From positions 1,984,001 to 2,048,000 of the forward strand of contig BQFW01000012.1 in assembly GCA_020891255.1 (NCBI GenBank): DNA of 64,000 nucleotides, read 5' to 3'. Every line of letters begins with the position of its first letter. The first letter of the stretch is position 1. Below, piece after piece: positions 38,512 through 51,650 of the stretch. A model generated the notes under the pieces. It did no database searches and was not told the origin of the DNA. It saw nothing but the letters and a program-made list of their open reading frames with translations. This stretch comes from Entomortierella parvispora E1425. Taxonomy: Eukaryota > Fungi > Mortierellomycota. The position numbers and the translations under genes were made by a program.

Positions 38512-39684
38512 CTAACACTTCTCCTTGACATCGACTGGCGTTGACGACTCGGCAAGGCTCTCTCCTGCAGGGTAAAACCGAAGACTGGCAGATGCATTGC
38601 TAGTACTGACCGTAAGGTTGGAGTGGCCGCGACCGCGCGTGCCGTGTTTGTTGTTCTTCTTGTCCGTATCAAAGCTTAGATCCGTACCCTCGACTATTGC
38701 GGAGCCATTCGAGGTGCTCACGTCAAATCGACCCTGGAATGCCTCCGTCAAATTGCCAGTGACAGTACCATTTGAGGATTGGAGGGTGCCTTTGAATGGC
38801 TGGCTTTGTGGCACCATGATTGAGGCAACCACAGTTGCGTTGGACGTCTTGGCGTACGCCTCCAAAGGCTGGCCAGTTTGTGAAGCATCCATGTTGAATT
38901 CAATCTTGCCATTGGACGATGTGTTGTGGATATAAGAGGGTCGATTTGAGCGTCCCAGAAGGACACCGACGATCATCTTGGCGTTCTTTGTGGTAGACTC
39001 CATAGACAGACCTTGGGCGGTACTAGAGGCATCGACATGGAGGTTCAAAGCAGCGTTTGATGTCTTGGCGGCGACTTTGGATTGCTTGCCATCCTGAGCT
39101 TCGTGGACTCGAAGTTTGGTAGAGATGGAGGCGTTCGAGGTCACCAATTCTACATGACCGGCTTCAAATTCGCCAGAAATACCGGCGTTGGAAGTGTGTA
39201 GGTTCAAGTGATCAGCATGAAGAGCCTGAAGGGCAATAGTGGAGTTTGTCAGAGAGCAGCGGACATTGTCCCACAGCAGGTTCTCGAGATTTTCGCCAGA
39301 GAAGGATGTGTTGGGGGCAACGAGAGACAGACTCTGCATGTAATTAACGGATCTTGGAAGCTGGATGGTAGTTTCGTGGTAGATGTTGAGAGCACTGAAG
39401 GCCGTGGGACCGTCAAGGACGACAGACAAAGTCTTGTTGCTGAAGCGAGTGCTAATGGCAACTCCATCCTTATCGTTCTCCTTGGTGATCCAGACGCGGA
39501 TCGAGACCATGCCTAGACCAGAGTCGTCGTCTGTGCCATGGATAAGACGCAGCTTTCCCTGGACCTTGCCCTTGGCAATAAAGTCGATCTTTGGAAAGTC
39601 GCCGGGGACAAAGGCAGTATCGTCGCCGGGAACACGGATGGCGATACTGGGCTGGTGGATGGCTCCGACAAAGTTGGCAAGCAT
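38512..39684 (-). CDS. DUF4097/putative adhesin-like beta-repeat protein
   Basis: Single exon from MLANFVG with recurring L-x-T-S-N-[AG]-x-I repeats. Confidence 0.65.
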   Translation of the reverse strand: MLANFVGAIHQPSIAIRVPGDDTAFVPGDFPKIDFIAKGKVQGKLRLIHGTDDDSGLGMVSIRVWITKENDKDGVAISTRFSNKTLSVVLDGPTAFSALNIYHETTIQLPRSVNYMQSLSLVAPNTSFSGENLENLLWDNVRCSLTNSTIALQALHADHLNLHTSNAGISGEFEAGHVELVTSNASISTKLRVHEAQDGKQSKVAAKTSNAALNLHVDASSTAQGLSMESTTKNAKMIVGVLLGRSNRPSYIHNTSSNGKIEFNMDASQTGQPLEAYAKTSNATVVASIMVPQSQPFKGTLQSSNGTVTGNLTEAFQGRFDVSTSNGSAIVEGTDLSFDTDKKNNKHGTRGRGHSNLTVSTSNASASLRFYPAGESLAESSTPVDVKEKC

Positions 39685-40154
39685 GGCGATGGGTAGGTGC
39701 GAGCAAGTAGGAGATGAAAGGAGATGAAAGGAGAAAGAGGGAAAGAGAGAGAAAGAAAGTGCAAGTCGATGGCGAGCGAGAAAGAGGAGAAAGAGATGTG
39801 CAAATCCAATCCAGCGTTCTTTTATGTCTGGGGGCCTGAAAGCTTGTTTCGTGGCGAGCTGGTGAAAAAGGAAAATCGCCACGCCAAGACTCTGTTACTG
39901 ACTGCGTGCACTCTGCGGCGCTCTTGGACGTCTTGGCGCGGACCATTGTCTAGCTCGTTTCCCGCTCTTTCATTCCTTCTCTCTTCTCCTCCTCTCTCCT
40001 CTTTCCTCTCCTTGTCCCTTCTCTCTCTCTTGCCTTCTTGGGTCTTGTTTTTCCCAGGGTGTGTGTTTCGTGCTTGCTCGCTTTGTTTGTTTATTAGTTT
40101 CTCTCTACTATCTACAGGTAGATGGTTCCTGAACGGGCCGCCTTCGATCCCTCG

Positions 40155-40643
40155 CTAATAAGCCCCAGTGGCAACCATTGACACCAGCAGGATCGATGCC
40201 AGTGCTACCCACACAGTCCATTCCAGACCTGCGCTTACTCCTGTTCCCACAGCTCCGTTTCCTGTGGGGGTGGGGGTAGGCGTGGGCGAAGGAGTGGGCT
40301 TGATACAGGTGATGTTGAGAGATGTGAGGAGGGTAGGGAAATTACTTGTGAAGGTACTGAGATCCGCAAGCTGACAGCTGGTGCCAGAGCAAGGTGTCGT
40401 CCAGTTGAATCCAAAGCTGGCACTACAAATACAGGTGTGGAACTGAGGCGTGGACTGCTGGGCCGTGTTCGTCAAGTTGATGCCAGCGCAATTGGGCAAG
40501 AGCCCCAACTCTTTCGTCAAGCAGTTGTCACAGGCGACCGAGAGACCAAACTGAGCAGAAGCCTGGTTGCTGCAGAGGAAGACTAGGCCGAGGGCCAAGA
40601 TGGCCGCAAGAGATTGTACGTTCAGTGATTGCACTCTGGTCAT
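40155..40643 (-). CDS. Secreted, probably GPI-anchored 8-Cys protein
   Basis: Signal peptide, C-x2-C-x10-C..CIC..W..C-x4-C..C, PT repeats, hydrophobic C-terminus. Confidence 0.8.
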   Translation of the reverse strand: MTRVQSLNVQSLAAILALGLVFLCSNQASAQFGLSVACDNCLTKELGLLPNCAGINLTNTAQQSTPQFHTCICSASFGFNWTTPCSGTSCQLADLSTFTSNFPTLLTSLNITCIKPTPSPTPTPTPTGNGAVGTGVSAGLEWTVWVALASILLVSMVATGAY

Positions 40644-41075
40644 GGCTATCTAGCGTGTGTGGATAGTACTCGAGTGCGTTGTGAAGGGGACGTGAGAGGA
40701 AGAGAGGCAGAGAGGAGGGAGTGAGAGAAAGGAAAAGAAGGAGTGGGGAAGTTGTAGAAGAGCTGATGGAGAACAGACGGGGCGTGTGCTGCAGCTTCAA
40801 GGGGTGAATGTGTTGATGTCAGCCGAAAAAAAAGGAAGAGCGGAAAGGAGGAAAGAAAGAGCGAAGAGTGCGTTCAGCATCTCTCAGGACCTTTCGCCAA
40901 CGGTCGATATCGGCACATCAGCGTCTTGTGTTCACAGGGGTGAGAGGGGGAAAGGGGAACTCAGTCCTGCTTTTGTGCGACCAAACAGACAATTATGAGA
41001 GTTGGCTTTCTTGCTGAGGGCGGTTTATTGGGGACTGAAAGGTACATTAGGGTTGGATGTGGTATGCAGGCAGAT

Positions 41076-42461
41076 CTATGATCCCAATTGCTCAGTCAAG
41101 AGCCGGATTACCGTTTCGTTCTCTTCAGGTGTTCCGACTGTAATTCTTAGGCAGCCCTCGCACCCAATCTCTGTGCCTCTAAACCGAACGACGAGACCTT
41201 GACGTTTTGCCATGTCCGTGTAAACACCAAATGCGCGTTCGTTACTCGGCTTGCCATCCTTGTCCAAGACTTCTACAAGTACAAAGTTCGAGTCGTTCGT
41301 GCCCAGGACCTTGCCCAATCCTGCAATAGACTTGAATGCCTCCAAGAGTCTGCCTCTCTCTTCGATCATGACAGCAATGTGCTTGTGAAGGATATCGAGA
41401 CCCTTGGGCTGGAGTGCCTCCTGCGCAACATGCGAAGTTGTGCTGGCAATGTTGTAAGGGGCTTTGGTGGCGTTCATGTACGATGCAATCTCGGGTGTGG
41501 TGATTGCGACTCCGAGACTGGAATGACAAAAGGAAGGTATGTTAGGGTCCACGGAATAAGAGAGCCAATCGTCCTGCGTGCGAAAGCGTAGGTGCGCATG
41601 CACACATTAGTACTTACCGAACACCTGCCAAGCCAAAACTCTTGCTCATTGTCTGCATGACGATGAGGTTGGGGTATTGAGTAACCCAGGTCGCTGTTGA
41701 CCCTTCCTTTCCATCCTCAATAAAGTCCACGTATGCCTCATCCACGGCAACGATACCCTTGTAGTTGGGAAGGGTAAGCACACGTCGAATGCTCTCGTGC
41801 GAGAGAGCTGATCCAGTAGGGTTTCCAGGACTGCACAAAAAGATGACTTTGATATTGGGGTTGGCATTGATCTGCTTCTCGATCTGGGCAAAGCAAAAAA
41901 AAAAAAAAAAAAAAACAATAAACAAGACAGGGTCGAAGAAGGTTAGATAAATGTCCGGATCCTTGTGGAATGAAATTATCATATCTCATCTCAGAATAGC
42001 TTTCGCACCTCGTCCACGTTCAACTGGAAGTTGCCATCGAGTGTAAGGGTAGCTTTCTTGACCTCGACATCGTTGATCTGGGCTGAGACAGAGTACATGC
42101 CATAGGTGGGAGGGGTGATCAAGACGGCATCCTTGCCGGGAACGCAAAAGACTCGGAAGATCATGTCAATGACCTCATCGCTACCCACGCCGAGGAAAAA
42201 GTGCTCAGGTCCTGGAATGTTTCTGAACTTTGCGAGCAAGTTCTTGAGATCGGTCTGGTGAGGGTCGGGGTAACGGTTAATGTCGAGTCCTGCACTGGCG
42301 ACGGCTGCGTCCGAAGTAGGGTTCAGAGCAGGGCCGTAGGCGTTCTCGTTGGCATCAAGAAGGACTCCTGAGGAAAAGTCATCTCGAGCACAGCGATAGG
42401 GCTTCAAGGCCAGGATATTGGGTCTGACGATGCTCTGGAGCGAGAATGTAGTGGCAGCCAT
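41076..42461 (-). CDS. HIS5: Histidinol-phosphate aminotransferase, 3 exons
   Basis: LLDANEN, NRYPD, PPTYGMY, CSPGNPTG, VDEAY, TMSKSFGLAGVR (PLP lysine), CLRITVG. Confidence 0.95.
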
Positions 42462-42858
42462 GGGTGAATGAGAGACAAAGGAGTAGGAACGGGATGGGGA
42501 AGGGGGGGAAGAGGCGAATGGGGGAAGGAATGAAGAGGAGAAAGACAAAGATAAAGGAGTTTTTTAATGTTGTTTGTTGGCTTTGACTCACCTCTCCAGA
42601 GTCGGCGATCCATCTGGACAGGGTGGTGGAGAATGAAAAAATAAAAAAAAGTCTCCGCACAGTCACCGTGAGTGGTGAGTGGTGGTGGCAGGGAGGGGGG
42701 GGGAGTGAGAGAATTTTGTAATGATCAGCAAAATTGGTGGCAAAGACCACGATCGGTCGGACTGGCAATGGGACGTCAAAGGGGAAGAACAGACAGACAC
42801 TCTCGCCGGCTCGCTCGCTTGCATGTTCGAGTCCATCTAGTTGCATTCACGTCTCCTT

Positions 42859-42895
<37 letters not shown>

Positions 42896-43029
42896 GTTCT
42901 TTCATTCTTTATTCTCTTCTTTGCCATCCTTGTCTTCTTCTCATCTTACTCCCGACGTCCGTTTCCATAACTCGTTTTTTTACACGCTCGTCGCGTTCAC
43001 CGCCCGCTCGCAATACCCCGCCCCACATA

Positions 43030-44534
43030 ATGTAAGGAGCTCTTTCCAGACGTCTAGTTCACGCCAGCTGGGCCGCTGTTGTTCTTGCTAATTGAAGCCA
43101 AAAGTTCGTGGACGAAACGATTGACCTAACGCCACCACCACCCACACGCACTCCTTCTCCATGTCTTCCTCTCTCGCCACTCTCTGTCAATCATACTTAT
43201 AGGCTTATTCAAGGAAAGACCTTTATCGTCACAGGAGGCAGCTCCGGTCTCGGTAAGAACCAGAAGAAGAAAGCGTCGTCCTTTAGTAACCTTGTTACTT
43301 CAAGATCACTTCTCTCCGCACCCCACAAACTACGACCCGATCTCCTCAATCGGCTCACAATTTTGTTTGCTAAATGGCACATCGTCCCCCTCTTTTTTTT
43401 TTTTTTTTTTTTTTTTTTAGGTGAGGGCACTGTTCGTGCCATTGTCGAAAGAGGTGGCAATGTCATTGTCTTTGATATCAACGAGGAGCGTGGCGAGGCT
43501 ATCGCAGCCGAGCTCCAAAAGTCTGTCTTCTGGCCGGGCGCAACAGATGTCGCCAGTGAAGAGTCCGTTTTGGCCTCAATGGAGAAGGGCGTGGCCAAGT
43601 TTGGAAAGATCTCGGGTGTGATCAACTGCGGTGGTATCGGCATGGCCCAGAAGGTACATCATGGAAAGGAGAAAGAAGGAAACCAGGAAGAAGAGGGCAG
43701 TAGGAGTATACCTAACAGACACCCCTCTTACTCTCTCTAGATCGTCTTCAGAAATGGCGAGCCCCAGCCTTTGAACATCTTTGAGGAGGTCGTGAGAATC
43801 AATTTGGTGGGCACTTTTAACGTTTGTAGATTGGTTGCTGCCCACATTATCGCCAACATCAAGGCCGGCACGGAAAAGGAGGGTAAGAGTGTTGGATGTG
43901 TACCTTTGCTTTTGTTTTTTGAATATTTGGCAATTCCTTGAGATTAAAGTAACCGCTGTGTAATGTAGAGGACCCCGGAGTGATTATCAACGTCGCGTCG
44001 ATCGCTTACACAGAAGGGTAATGTCTTTTGATTCCCACAAATCTTGGAAAATGAATGTCCTCCCGTTAACGCTACTTTCTCTTTGAACATGGCTCATCAC
44101 TTACTTTTTGTTTGACCACAACAGACAAGCTGGCCAGACTGCTTACTCTGCTTCCAAAGGTAATACAGCAGCACATGAAGATAACACCTCGTCGTATTTA
44201 CAGTGGCTGAAGATATTGGCAAGGATTACTGACCAACATTTTTTTTTTTTTTTTTTTTTTTGAATTGTTATTAGGTGGTGTTGCTGGAATGACTCTCCCC
44301 ATGGCCCGTGATCTGGCTGGCCAGATTCGCGTTTGCACCATTGCCCCAGGATTCTTTGGCACACCCATGGGCAATGCTGTCAAGGACTCCAACTTGGAGA
44401 AGCACATGGTCCACCCATACCGTATGGGTAAGCCCAGCGAGTTTGCACATTTGGCTTGCGCCATCATTGAGAACCCTATGCTCAACGGAGAGATCATCCG
44501 TATCGATGGTGCTGTTCGCCTCGGCAAGTTGTAG
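43030..44534 (+). CDS. 3-hydroxyacyl-CoA dehydrogenase type 2 (HSD17B10-like SDR), many small exons
   Basis: TGGSSGLG, INCGGIG, GVIINVAS, YSASKGG, LPMARDL, TIAPGFFGTPM, NGEIIRIDGAVR. The start codon is split AT|G by intron 43032-43202. Confidence 0.9.
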
Positions 44535-44635
44535 AAAAAAAAAGGATTAAATAAACAAACAAGTGTGTTCTCTATTGGATTTTCATTTTTCTATCAACGG
44601 TGGAGGTATGATGCTTCTATACTTCTTTGGCGAGC

Positions 44636-46842
44636 TCACTTCTTTCTCTTGGAGGCTCTTCCCCACACCTTGACACTGAAGTCTGCAGAACCAGAGGCGA
44701 GGACGTGGTCGATTGGATGAAAGTCTACATCATAAACGCGATCCGTGTGACCAGCTAGCTTTTGAAGTGTGTCGTATTGTCCATCACCCGTGCCCACATC
44801 AAACAGATATACATAAGGGTCCATACTGCCAGACGCCAGGAGTAGACTCGAGTCCAGTGGCACATCCTTGTCCGACATTGTTGATTGTGATGGCTCTCCA
44901 TCACTGCCGCGGCGGTTTTTGCCCGACCTCCTGCCTGCAGCTCCAGCAATGTCTAATCATCGATGAGAGGCAATAAATAGAGAAGGTCATACGGTTAGGT
45001 ATGAATGGCTTCATGAACACTATACTGTCCAACGGATACTAAACACGTACAATCCTTTCCGTGGAAAAATGCGCTCTTGATGGGCCAATGCTTGTTTCTG
45101 TATCCCTTCAAGGAATGAATAAGTCGAGGCATTGTCGTAGGTGGTTCAAATCCTCTATCATATACCCGAATTACTATAAACAGAGAGGAGAATAACGTGT
45201 TAGCAGAGATACCATTGCGACTTCCAGTCCCGGCCATGCTTATGTCACCTACCACTGTCGTAGCTGTTGACTGCCAACCAACGTGATTCGGGTTCTTCCA
45301 CTTCAGCAAAATCCACGCCATCTGTTCCTCGCTGCTTGGACACGGCAATGTGTGAAATGGGCTTTTTGGTTGGTTCATTGAGAATGGATTGAAGCACTCG
45401 ACCAGTTCTCACATCCCAGGTCTTCAAATAGCCCGAGGAATCTCCAGATATAACCGTCAGTCCATCGTGGTATACATATCTAGAGGCAAATAAAAAAGGG
45501 AAAGTAATACGAGTCAGGAAAGCAGCTCTTTGAAAAAATTCAGGACGGTAAGTAACCTGCAACAGCTTACATAGAGTTGACCATAGAGTCGTTTTTGAGA
45601 GTAACAGCGGATCCAGCTCCTCCCTCTTTTCTGATGTCAGTCATGGATAGATAATTCCGGGTTGTGCCGCTGAAGAAGACGTTGTTGTCTATCAATCCAA
45701 AAGCAAGCCAAACTGATCAGTTTCAAGCCAAGAGATCGTTTCATAGATTGAATATCGCGTTGGATATGAGACGCACCTTGCGGATGAAATCTAACACACT
45801 GTACAAAACCATCGCCTTCAAAACTGTCTCGTTGCTTTCCAGTCTCTAAATCCCAGAGTTTGCATGTCCGGTCGTAAGCTGCCGACAACAGAAGCGAAGA
45901 GTCGTGACCCCAGGCTAGGTCGGAAATGTTCAGACCATGACCCTTGAGCACGAATAGCTATACAACATAATATCAAAGTGAGTTTCCTGTAACTCGCAGT
46001 GGCTCATTGTTGAATTGGTTTACAACAGATATCTCGTCTCATTTGCTTACCTCATTCTGATTCGTGGTTCCATCCCAAATTCGCACTGTTTTATCGAATG
46101 ATCCCGTCGCAAGGAACTTGCCATTGGGCGAGTACTGGACGGCATAAACTGCTCCCTGATGACCCTTGAGATCGTTCTTCAAGTAGAACAGTCTTCCGTC
46201 CGTCTTTGATCCTGAATCCTGTCTTGCGACTGAAAATGTCATATGAAAGTCTGATTTAGTACGCATCCGCTAACAACACTCCTTCTCTTTTGGTCCTATA
46301 CTGACGACGGTTCCCTTCTTACCGATATTCCCCATGTTGATTCGGCGAACTCCTTCTTCCTCAGCCTTGATCAGGTCCGCATTCTTCTTTGTGTCCGCGG
46401 TTCTTGAGGCGGACTCTACGCCTTGTCCAGAATTAGCAGTTGCCGCGTCTGTGCCCTGGTTTTGCTGCGCCATTGAAAGGTTGGATAGAAGCTGGCCCAT
46501 CGCAGACACCATATCGTTGCTGTTGCTCCTGGCCTGTGCATTTTGCTGAGAAGGGTTAGACCTTGCGGCACTACTGGCGCCCTCTTCATCTTGTCCTGCC
46601 GATCCATTGCTTCCTGGCTCGTCTCTACGACTGACTAGATCTCCGTTGTGACGTGCCTCGATCTGAGAAGAGTAGATGTACGAGAGATCATACAGACTCT
46701 TCTTCAGCGCCCTGTTTTCAGCCTCGAGCACGTCAATTTTAGCCTTCAGCGACTTGGTCTCTCGCACTAGCTTCTCAATGGCGGGATCGACTTGCTGTGA
46801 TGAGGACGATGACTGGTGACCCGTGACATTGGGGGCAGACAT
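44636..46842 (-). CDS. WD40-repeat protein with N-terminal coiled coil, multi-exon
   Basis: GH..WD/VW repeats (LKGHQGAVY..DKTVRIWD; GHGLNISDLAW..CKLWD; GHTDRVYDVDF..VKVW) and a coiled coil KLVRETKSLKAKIDVLEAEN. Confidence 0.85.
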
Positions 46843-47051
46843 GGTTTATTTGGGGGCGAATCGCCAGGCGAATGGAGCCGATGAAAGTTGCTGTCGTAAG
46901 GAAGTTCTGGTAGAACGTCGTGGGTATGTGGGGATGGCAGAGGACATTCAAAGGTCGACATTCGAGAAAAAGAAGAAAAATGTCAAATAGAGCACGTGAT
47001 CTATCAATAGATCGACAGGCGCGCCCCAAAAGTCAAGGCCTACTTCTTGTC

Positions 47052-48068
47052 TCATGGTGACGGTCGAGGGGTGTGCCCAGGGGATCCAATTCTGTAGGGA
47101 CCTCCATCTTCTTCATCTTCAGGGTCTTCCCAATACTCTGCTGAAGCAACCGATCTATCATCCCGAAAATCTTGGTCCGTGTACAGCTGATCTGTTGTTG
47201 GACCGCCATTGCCGATCATCTCGTAGTCAGAGTCAGTGTACGCGGTGTGGCTTTCAGGATGGACAGCATGATGATTTGAAGGGCCCCGTGTGTAATGTTG
47301 ATCATGGCGGAGCTCAGGACTTGAGGATCCATTGTGCCCACGTCGACTGCTGAACTGAAATTGTTGATGAAGGTGATGCGTTTCCTCATCAACGTCGTGG
47401 ACGTATTCGGATGGATCGATATACACATCAACCATATCAAGCTCCATATCATCATTGTCATCCTCCATGAGTTCCTGTCCCGCTACTGATGGCGTTCGTT
47501 CCTCAGTTCCTTCGCGAAGGTCTGGTTGTCCCGGAAAGCCATTGTCATCCTCCTCCTCTTCTTCTTCGTCATCATATCCATCATCATCGTCCAGACCGTC
47601 GTTGAGGTGGTGTTCATCGCGCTCGCTGTCATAGTCCTCCTCTGCAACATCTCTCTCAGTGTTTGGATCCTACAAAACGTTGAAATAAAAGAAAAAATGG
47701 TGGCGTTTTTTTTCATAAAAATTAATACAGCGCTCACTGACGGAATCAAAATGCGACGCATAGACCATTGGACCATTTGCATTACCACAAATGGGGCTGT
47801 GAAAAAGGGGGGTATTCTATGGGATCCGGAAAGACTGGCTGCCTTCATCTGGAGCAATTATGATGCATTTGTTAGTGTTTGGTCCGAGCGTGAAATGATC
47901 ACAATTACCAAGGACAATGAATGAACTCACCTTTTTACGAAGGGCCTTTTCTTCCTGAAGCAACAGCTCATGCAGGTCCTCCAAGGTGTGTTCACGGGGC
48001 ATCCACAGCTTCTCCACTCGAGGAGGGGCCAGGGTTGCCCTTTGAGAAGGGAATGGGAGATGGGCCAT
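47052..48068 (-). CDS. Acidic low-complexity protein, possibly APC15-like, 3 exons
   Basis: ATG 48068; introns starting GTGAGT and GTGAGC link MAHLPFPS..PRVEKLW..EEKALRKK to an Asp/Glu-rich tail ending at 47052. Confidence 0.55.
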
Positions 48069-48354
48069 GTTGAGGAAGGAGGAATGCGCGTCTGACGAAA
48101 AGAGTTAGGCAAGAGGCCCAAGCCGCAGGAAAAATCTTTAAGGCACCCTGAGAGCCGACGCGTTTTTTTTTTTTTTTTTTTTTTTTTTTTGTTTTCGCGT
48201 CCTTCAATCATTCCCCTTGCTTTCTTCTGTTTTTCTCTCTTGATCAGCAAACACGTCCGCTACCATGGACTCCAGCTCAATAATATCTGTTAGAAATACC
48301 TAGTGTCACGTTTTCTTTATTTTGTCCGCACGTTAGGGGAGGCACTCGCCCTCT

Positions 48355-51306
48355 CTATTTTCCTGAATATCTCGTAAAGTAAGGATGATCGTCTCCCAGT
48401 TTCTCCCGGCTATTAACAACTCTGATACCTCTGGCTTTCATAACTGTCACCTGCAAGGGATCTCTGATCGCTAGTTCGTCACCAAAGCTCGCCCCTTCCA
48501 TTACCAGCGTCTTCAAGGATGTCTTCAGTGGCAGGGCTGCAATGAACTGCTCAACATTTTTTAGCCTAAATGCAGGGACGTGAACCTCCAGGTATTCCAG
48601 ACAATTGAAATCCAACAAGGCCAATAGCTGTAGCCATTGTGCTGGATACAACGTATTCGCGATCACCAACAACTCCAATTTTGGTAGCAGGCTGATCACA
48701 CCTTGAAGCTGAGCAAAGTGGTACTCTTCACATCCGCGGTCACGGATGGCGATCGTGAAATCTTCGACAAGGATAGCAGATTTACCAGCGGCCTGCATGG
48801 ATCGCAACAGGGTTGAAAGTGGCAAGGTCTTTGCCTCGACTAGGATTGAGATTCGGAGCTGGCGAAGATGTTGCCATTGGATTTGTGATACAAGCTGGGT
48901 ATCAGGTGCAAATGCCATATCGACCGTTAGGTCCTTCAGTGGACTCTGGGCAATCACCTGCCGCAAAGCCTGCGCACGGCTGACGGTCTTCTGCTCCGGG
49001 GGTACTGCGATCGATCGCTCGACATTTAGAGTCTCAAGGCTGGACTGCTTGGTATCTGTCCGAGTTGTTGCTAGAGCCAGGGCGACCGCAATCTCTTCTG
49101 TGATTTCGTTACACAGACTCAGGTTTATGACATGATGTCCCCACTTTTTTAAAAATCCTGGGAAATCTTTCCAGTCAATATCTACCCGGTCACCCTTGGG
49201 GATCAACATCTCGAACCAAACTCCCAGCGGCGAGTCTGTGGATCCGAATTCAACCTTAAGTGGGACGGATTCCTCCCATCGAGAGTCTAGCAGCTCTGCG
49301 AGAGTGGTTAGGACTTCGTCATTGTACACGTTTAGTCGAATCCGCTCCAAGTATGGGCTGCGGGCAGCCAGGATGCAGATCCTGGAGGCATCCTTCTGCA
49401 ACGAGGCCCATTCACCCATCTCAAATGTCTTGAGGTTTGTGTAGTCGTCCTTCGGTGAGATCGCGGCTCGATGAAAGAAGTCTGCAGGAACTTCACGGAG
49501 ATGAACAGTCGTCAGTGCAGGATGCTTCAGCAGCGAGAGGATGGGGTCGTTTCGACGTTTGCCTGAGAGGTTGATGCCAAAAGTCGGTCCTGTCTTCAAT
49601 TGCAGGTCCAGTGTCAATGTCTTAATGGTGGACTTCTTGATCATATCTTTGAGCTTTGTCAAATCCGAGTTTTCTTGGTTCCATGCCATGGTGAGCTCCA
49701 GTTCATAGATACCCTGGGACTTGAGAAGCGCATCGTATAGTTGAGCTGCCGCCACCGCCGACTTGACGGTCACTACTACTTTGCCTACTTGCTCGTCGAC
49801 GGTTCCTCGTGCAGCTTTGACAACCTTACAAAGCTTCATGTTGTTTGCCGCTTGGTAACCCTCGCGATAGTGATCCTTACAGACCCACTTGACATGACCG
49901 TGTTTGGTCGTGATCCGATACAGGTTCCCCAACAGGTTGTCAGAGTCACCCACAGAGAGATAAGACGCCAATTGACGTAGATCAGCACCCTCGAGGCCCT
50001 TGACGTCCAACAGGTATTCTGCGATCTCGGTTTGAGATGAGCGTTGCAGATCTATCGAGACCTCCTTGTTCTGTAGTTCTTTCACTCGGAATTCTTCCAA
50101 AAACGAAATGGATTGATCCACGCCGTCAATCACTTGCCGTGTCACTGTCTCGCAGGATTCCTTGACTGAGTCCACCACATCGACCACCCTCAAGGTCGAT
50201 AGCGCTGGGACCACAACTCCAGCAATCGAGATGCCATGTTTCAATAGCGTCAGCATCACCAACAGATAAGGGCCATAGTCCACAAAGAACTTGTTTGGTT
50301 GTGTGATCGTGTATCCCTCGTGTTTGGCCAGGTGTAGATGATGTGGGATCTTGCTCCCAGGTCGCTTCGTATCTCCACATTCGCAAATAAAATGCAGTCG
50401 AAACTTTGTTCCCAGCAGGCTGGAGGGGTTCCATTTTGTCGAGGAGGTCTCTGGAAGGACGATGAACAATCTTGGGATTGTGTACTCGAGGAGCTCGAAG
50501 TTTTGGACCAAGATTGCCTCTGCCTTGGTCTGGACCAAGGCCAGTCGATCGAGTGCTTCCTGCTGCATGCGAATCATTTGCTCTGATTTATCGACCAGTT
50601 CTTCGAGTCGGCCATGTACAAACTGTTTGAATTTGGGATTTTCGGCAGAGAGCAACAGATCAGGATCGATAGGTGGAGTAGATGTCTCCGCAGCGACCGC
50701 TACTGCTGTTGTTGTCGCTGCAGATGTTGCTGTTGCTACTGTTGTTTGAGAGCTAGGTTCAATTGATTGAGAAGTTTGCAACCGGTCCACGACGGTCTCA
50801 GCAGTCGGTTGAGGTGTTAGGGCTAGCGGAGCTGGGGCTGTAGAGTCTTCAATCATCAGAGTCTCCACAGCAGCCCCAACAACTATTGTGGGTTCGATGT
50901 TTGCGACAGCTGCACCTGGCGATGGTGGAACTGGTAGCTGCTGGGTTGCAATCATTGGATCCTCGACAATGTCAATAATGATGCCAGGTCGGCAAGGGAT
51001 CCGTTCTGGGATGTACCTGATCAGACGAACTGAGTTGGCTTCTCAACAACTCTATGATGTTGATATGAGCAAATTGGGCTGCGGAACTTACTTGCGATGA
51101 TCAGGTCCTCTCATGAAGGGGATGACCATGGTTCCAGCCTGGAGCCTGGCAGCTTCAGTATCGAAGGCATACTGAACATCCTCAAGGAAAACAAAACCTT
51201 TTTCGCCTGGGATACCAGAAGTTAGGATTTCGAAATCCCGAATAATGGCACCGAGTCGAAATCGCTGCATGGTCTCGCCTGTGTCTGCCTCGGTGGAGGT
51301 GGTCAT
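48355..51306 (-). CDS. Large LRR (RNI-like) protein with short N-terminal domain and COR-B-like central domain, 2 exons
   Basis: Exon 1 MQRFRLGAII..PFMRGPDHRK, intron GTAAGT, then ORF 48355-50955 with QNFELLEYTIPRLFIVLP..FICECG..HLAKHEGY, GLEGADLRQL..GNLYR..KWVC..HY and L-x2-L-x-L repeats. Confidence 0.85.
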
Positions 51307-51557
51307 TGGTGAATCTTGACTTTGAATGGGTGGAGAGAGATGCAAATGAGATGAATGAGCTTCGTCCATCGCCCTGCTCTTTGTTGCGACACCGACCCTG
51401 ATCCTCCGCCCTGCACTGCCGCGGCTCTCAGGAACAATGCAATCCCCGGCACCAACGGGGAGCACCGTTTTATTTCAATGCATGCATGTCAGCGCGTTGC
51501 AACGCCTTGAACTCTATTTCAGAGTTCTCTTTGCTCTTTCCTTTTGCTGCCCGGATT

Positions 51558-51613
51558 CATTCCTTCTCATTCCTTCTCATTCCTTCTCATTCCTTCTCAT
51601 TCCTTCTCATTCC
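51558..51613. repeat. 10-bp tandem repeat (TCCTTCTCAT)x5
   Basis: Read directly; lies in the 344-bp spacer between the two LRR paralogs. Confidence 0.95.
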
Positions 51614-51650
51614 ACCCTTCATCATCCTTTCCCCCCTCGCTTCATCACTA

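Noticed and set aside
42857-42895. Very long poly-T tract (and others at ~43395, ~44237, ~48163)
   Set aside because: Ordinary homopolymers in promoters and introns; their lengths are unreliable in assemblies.
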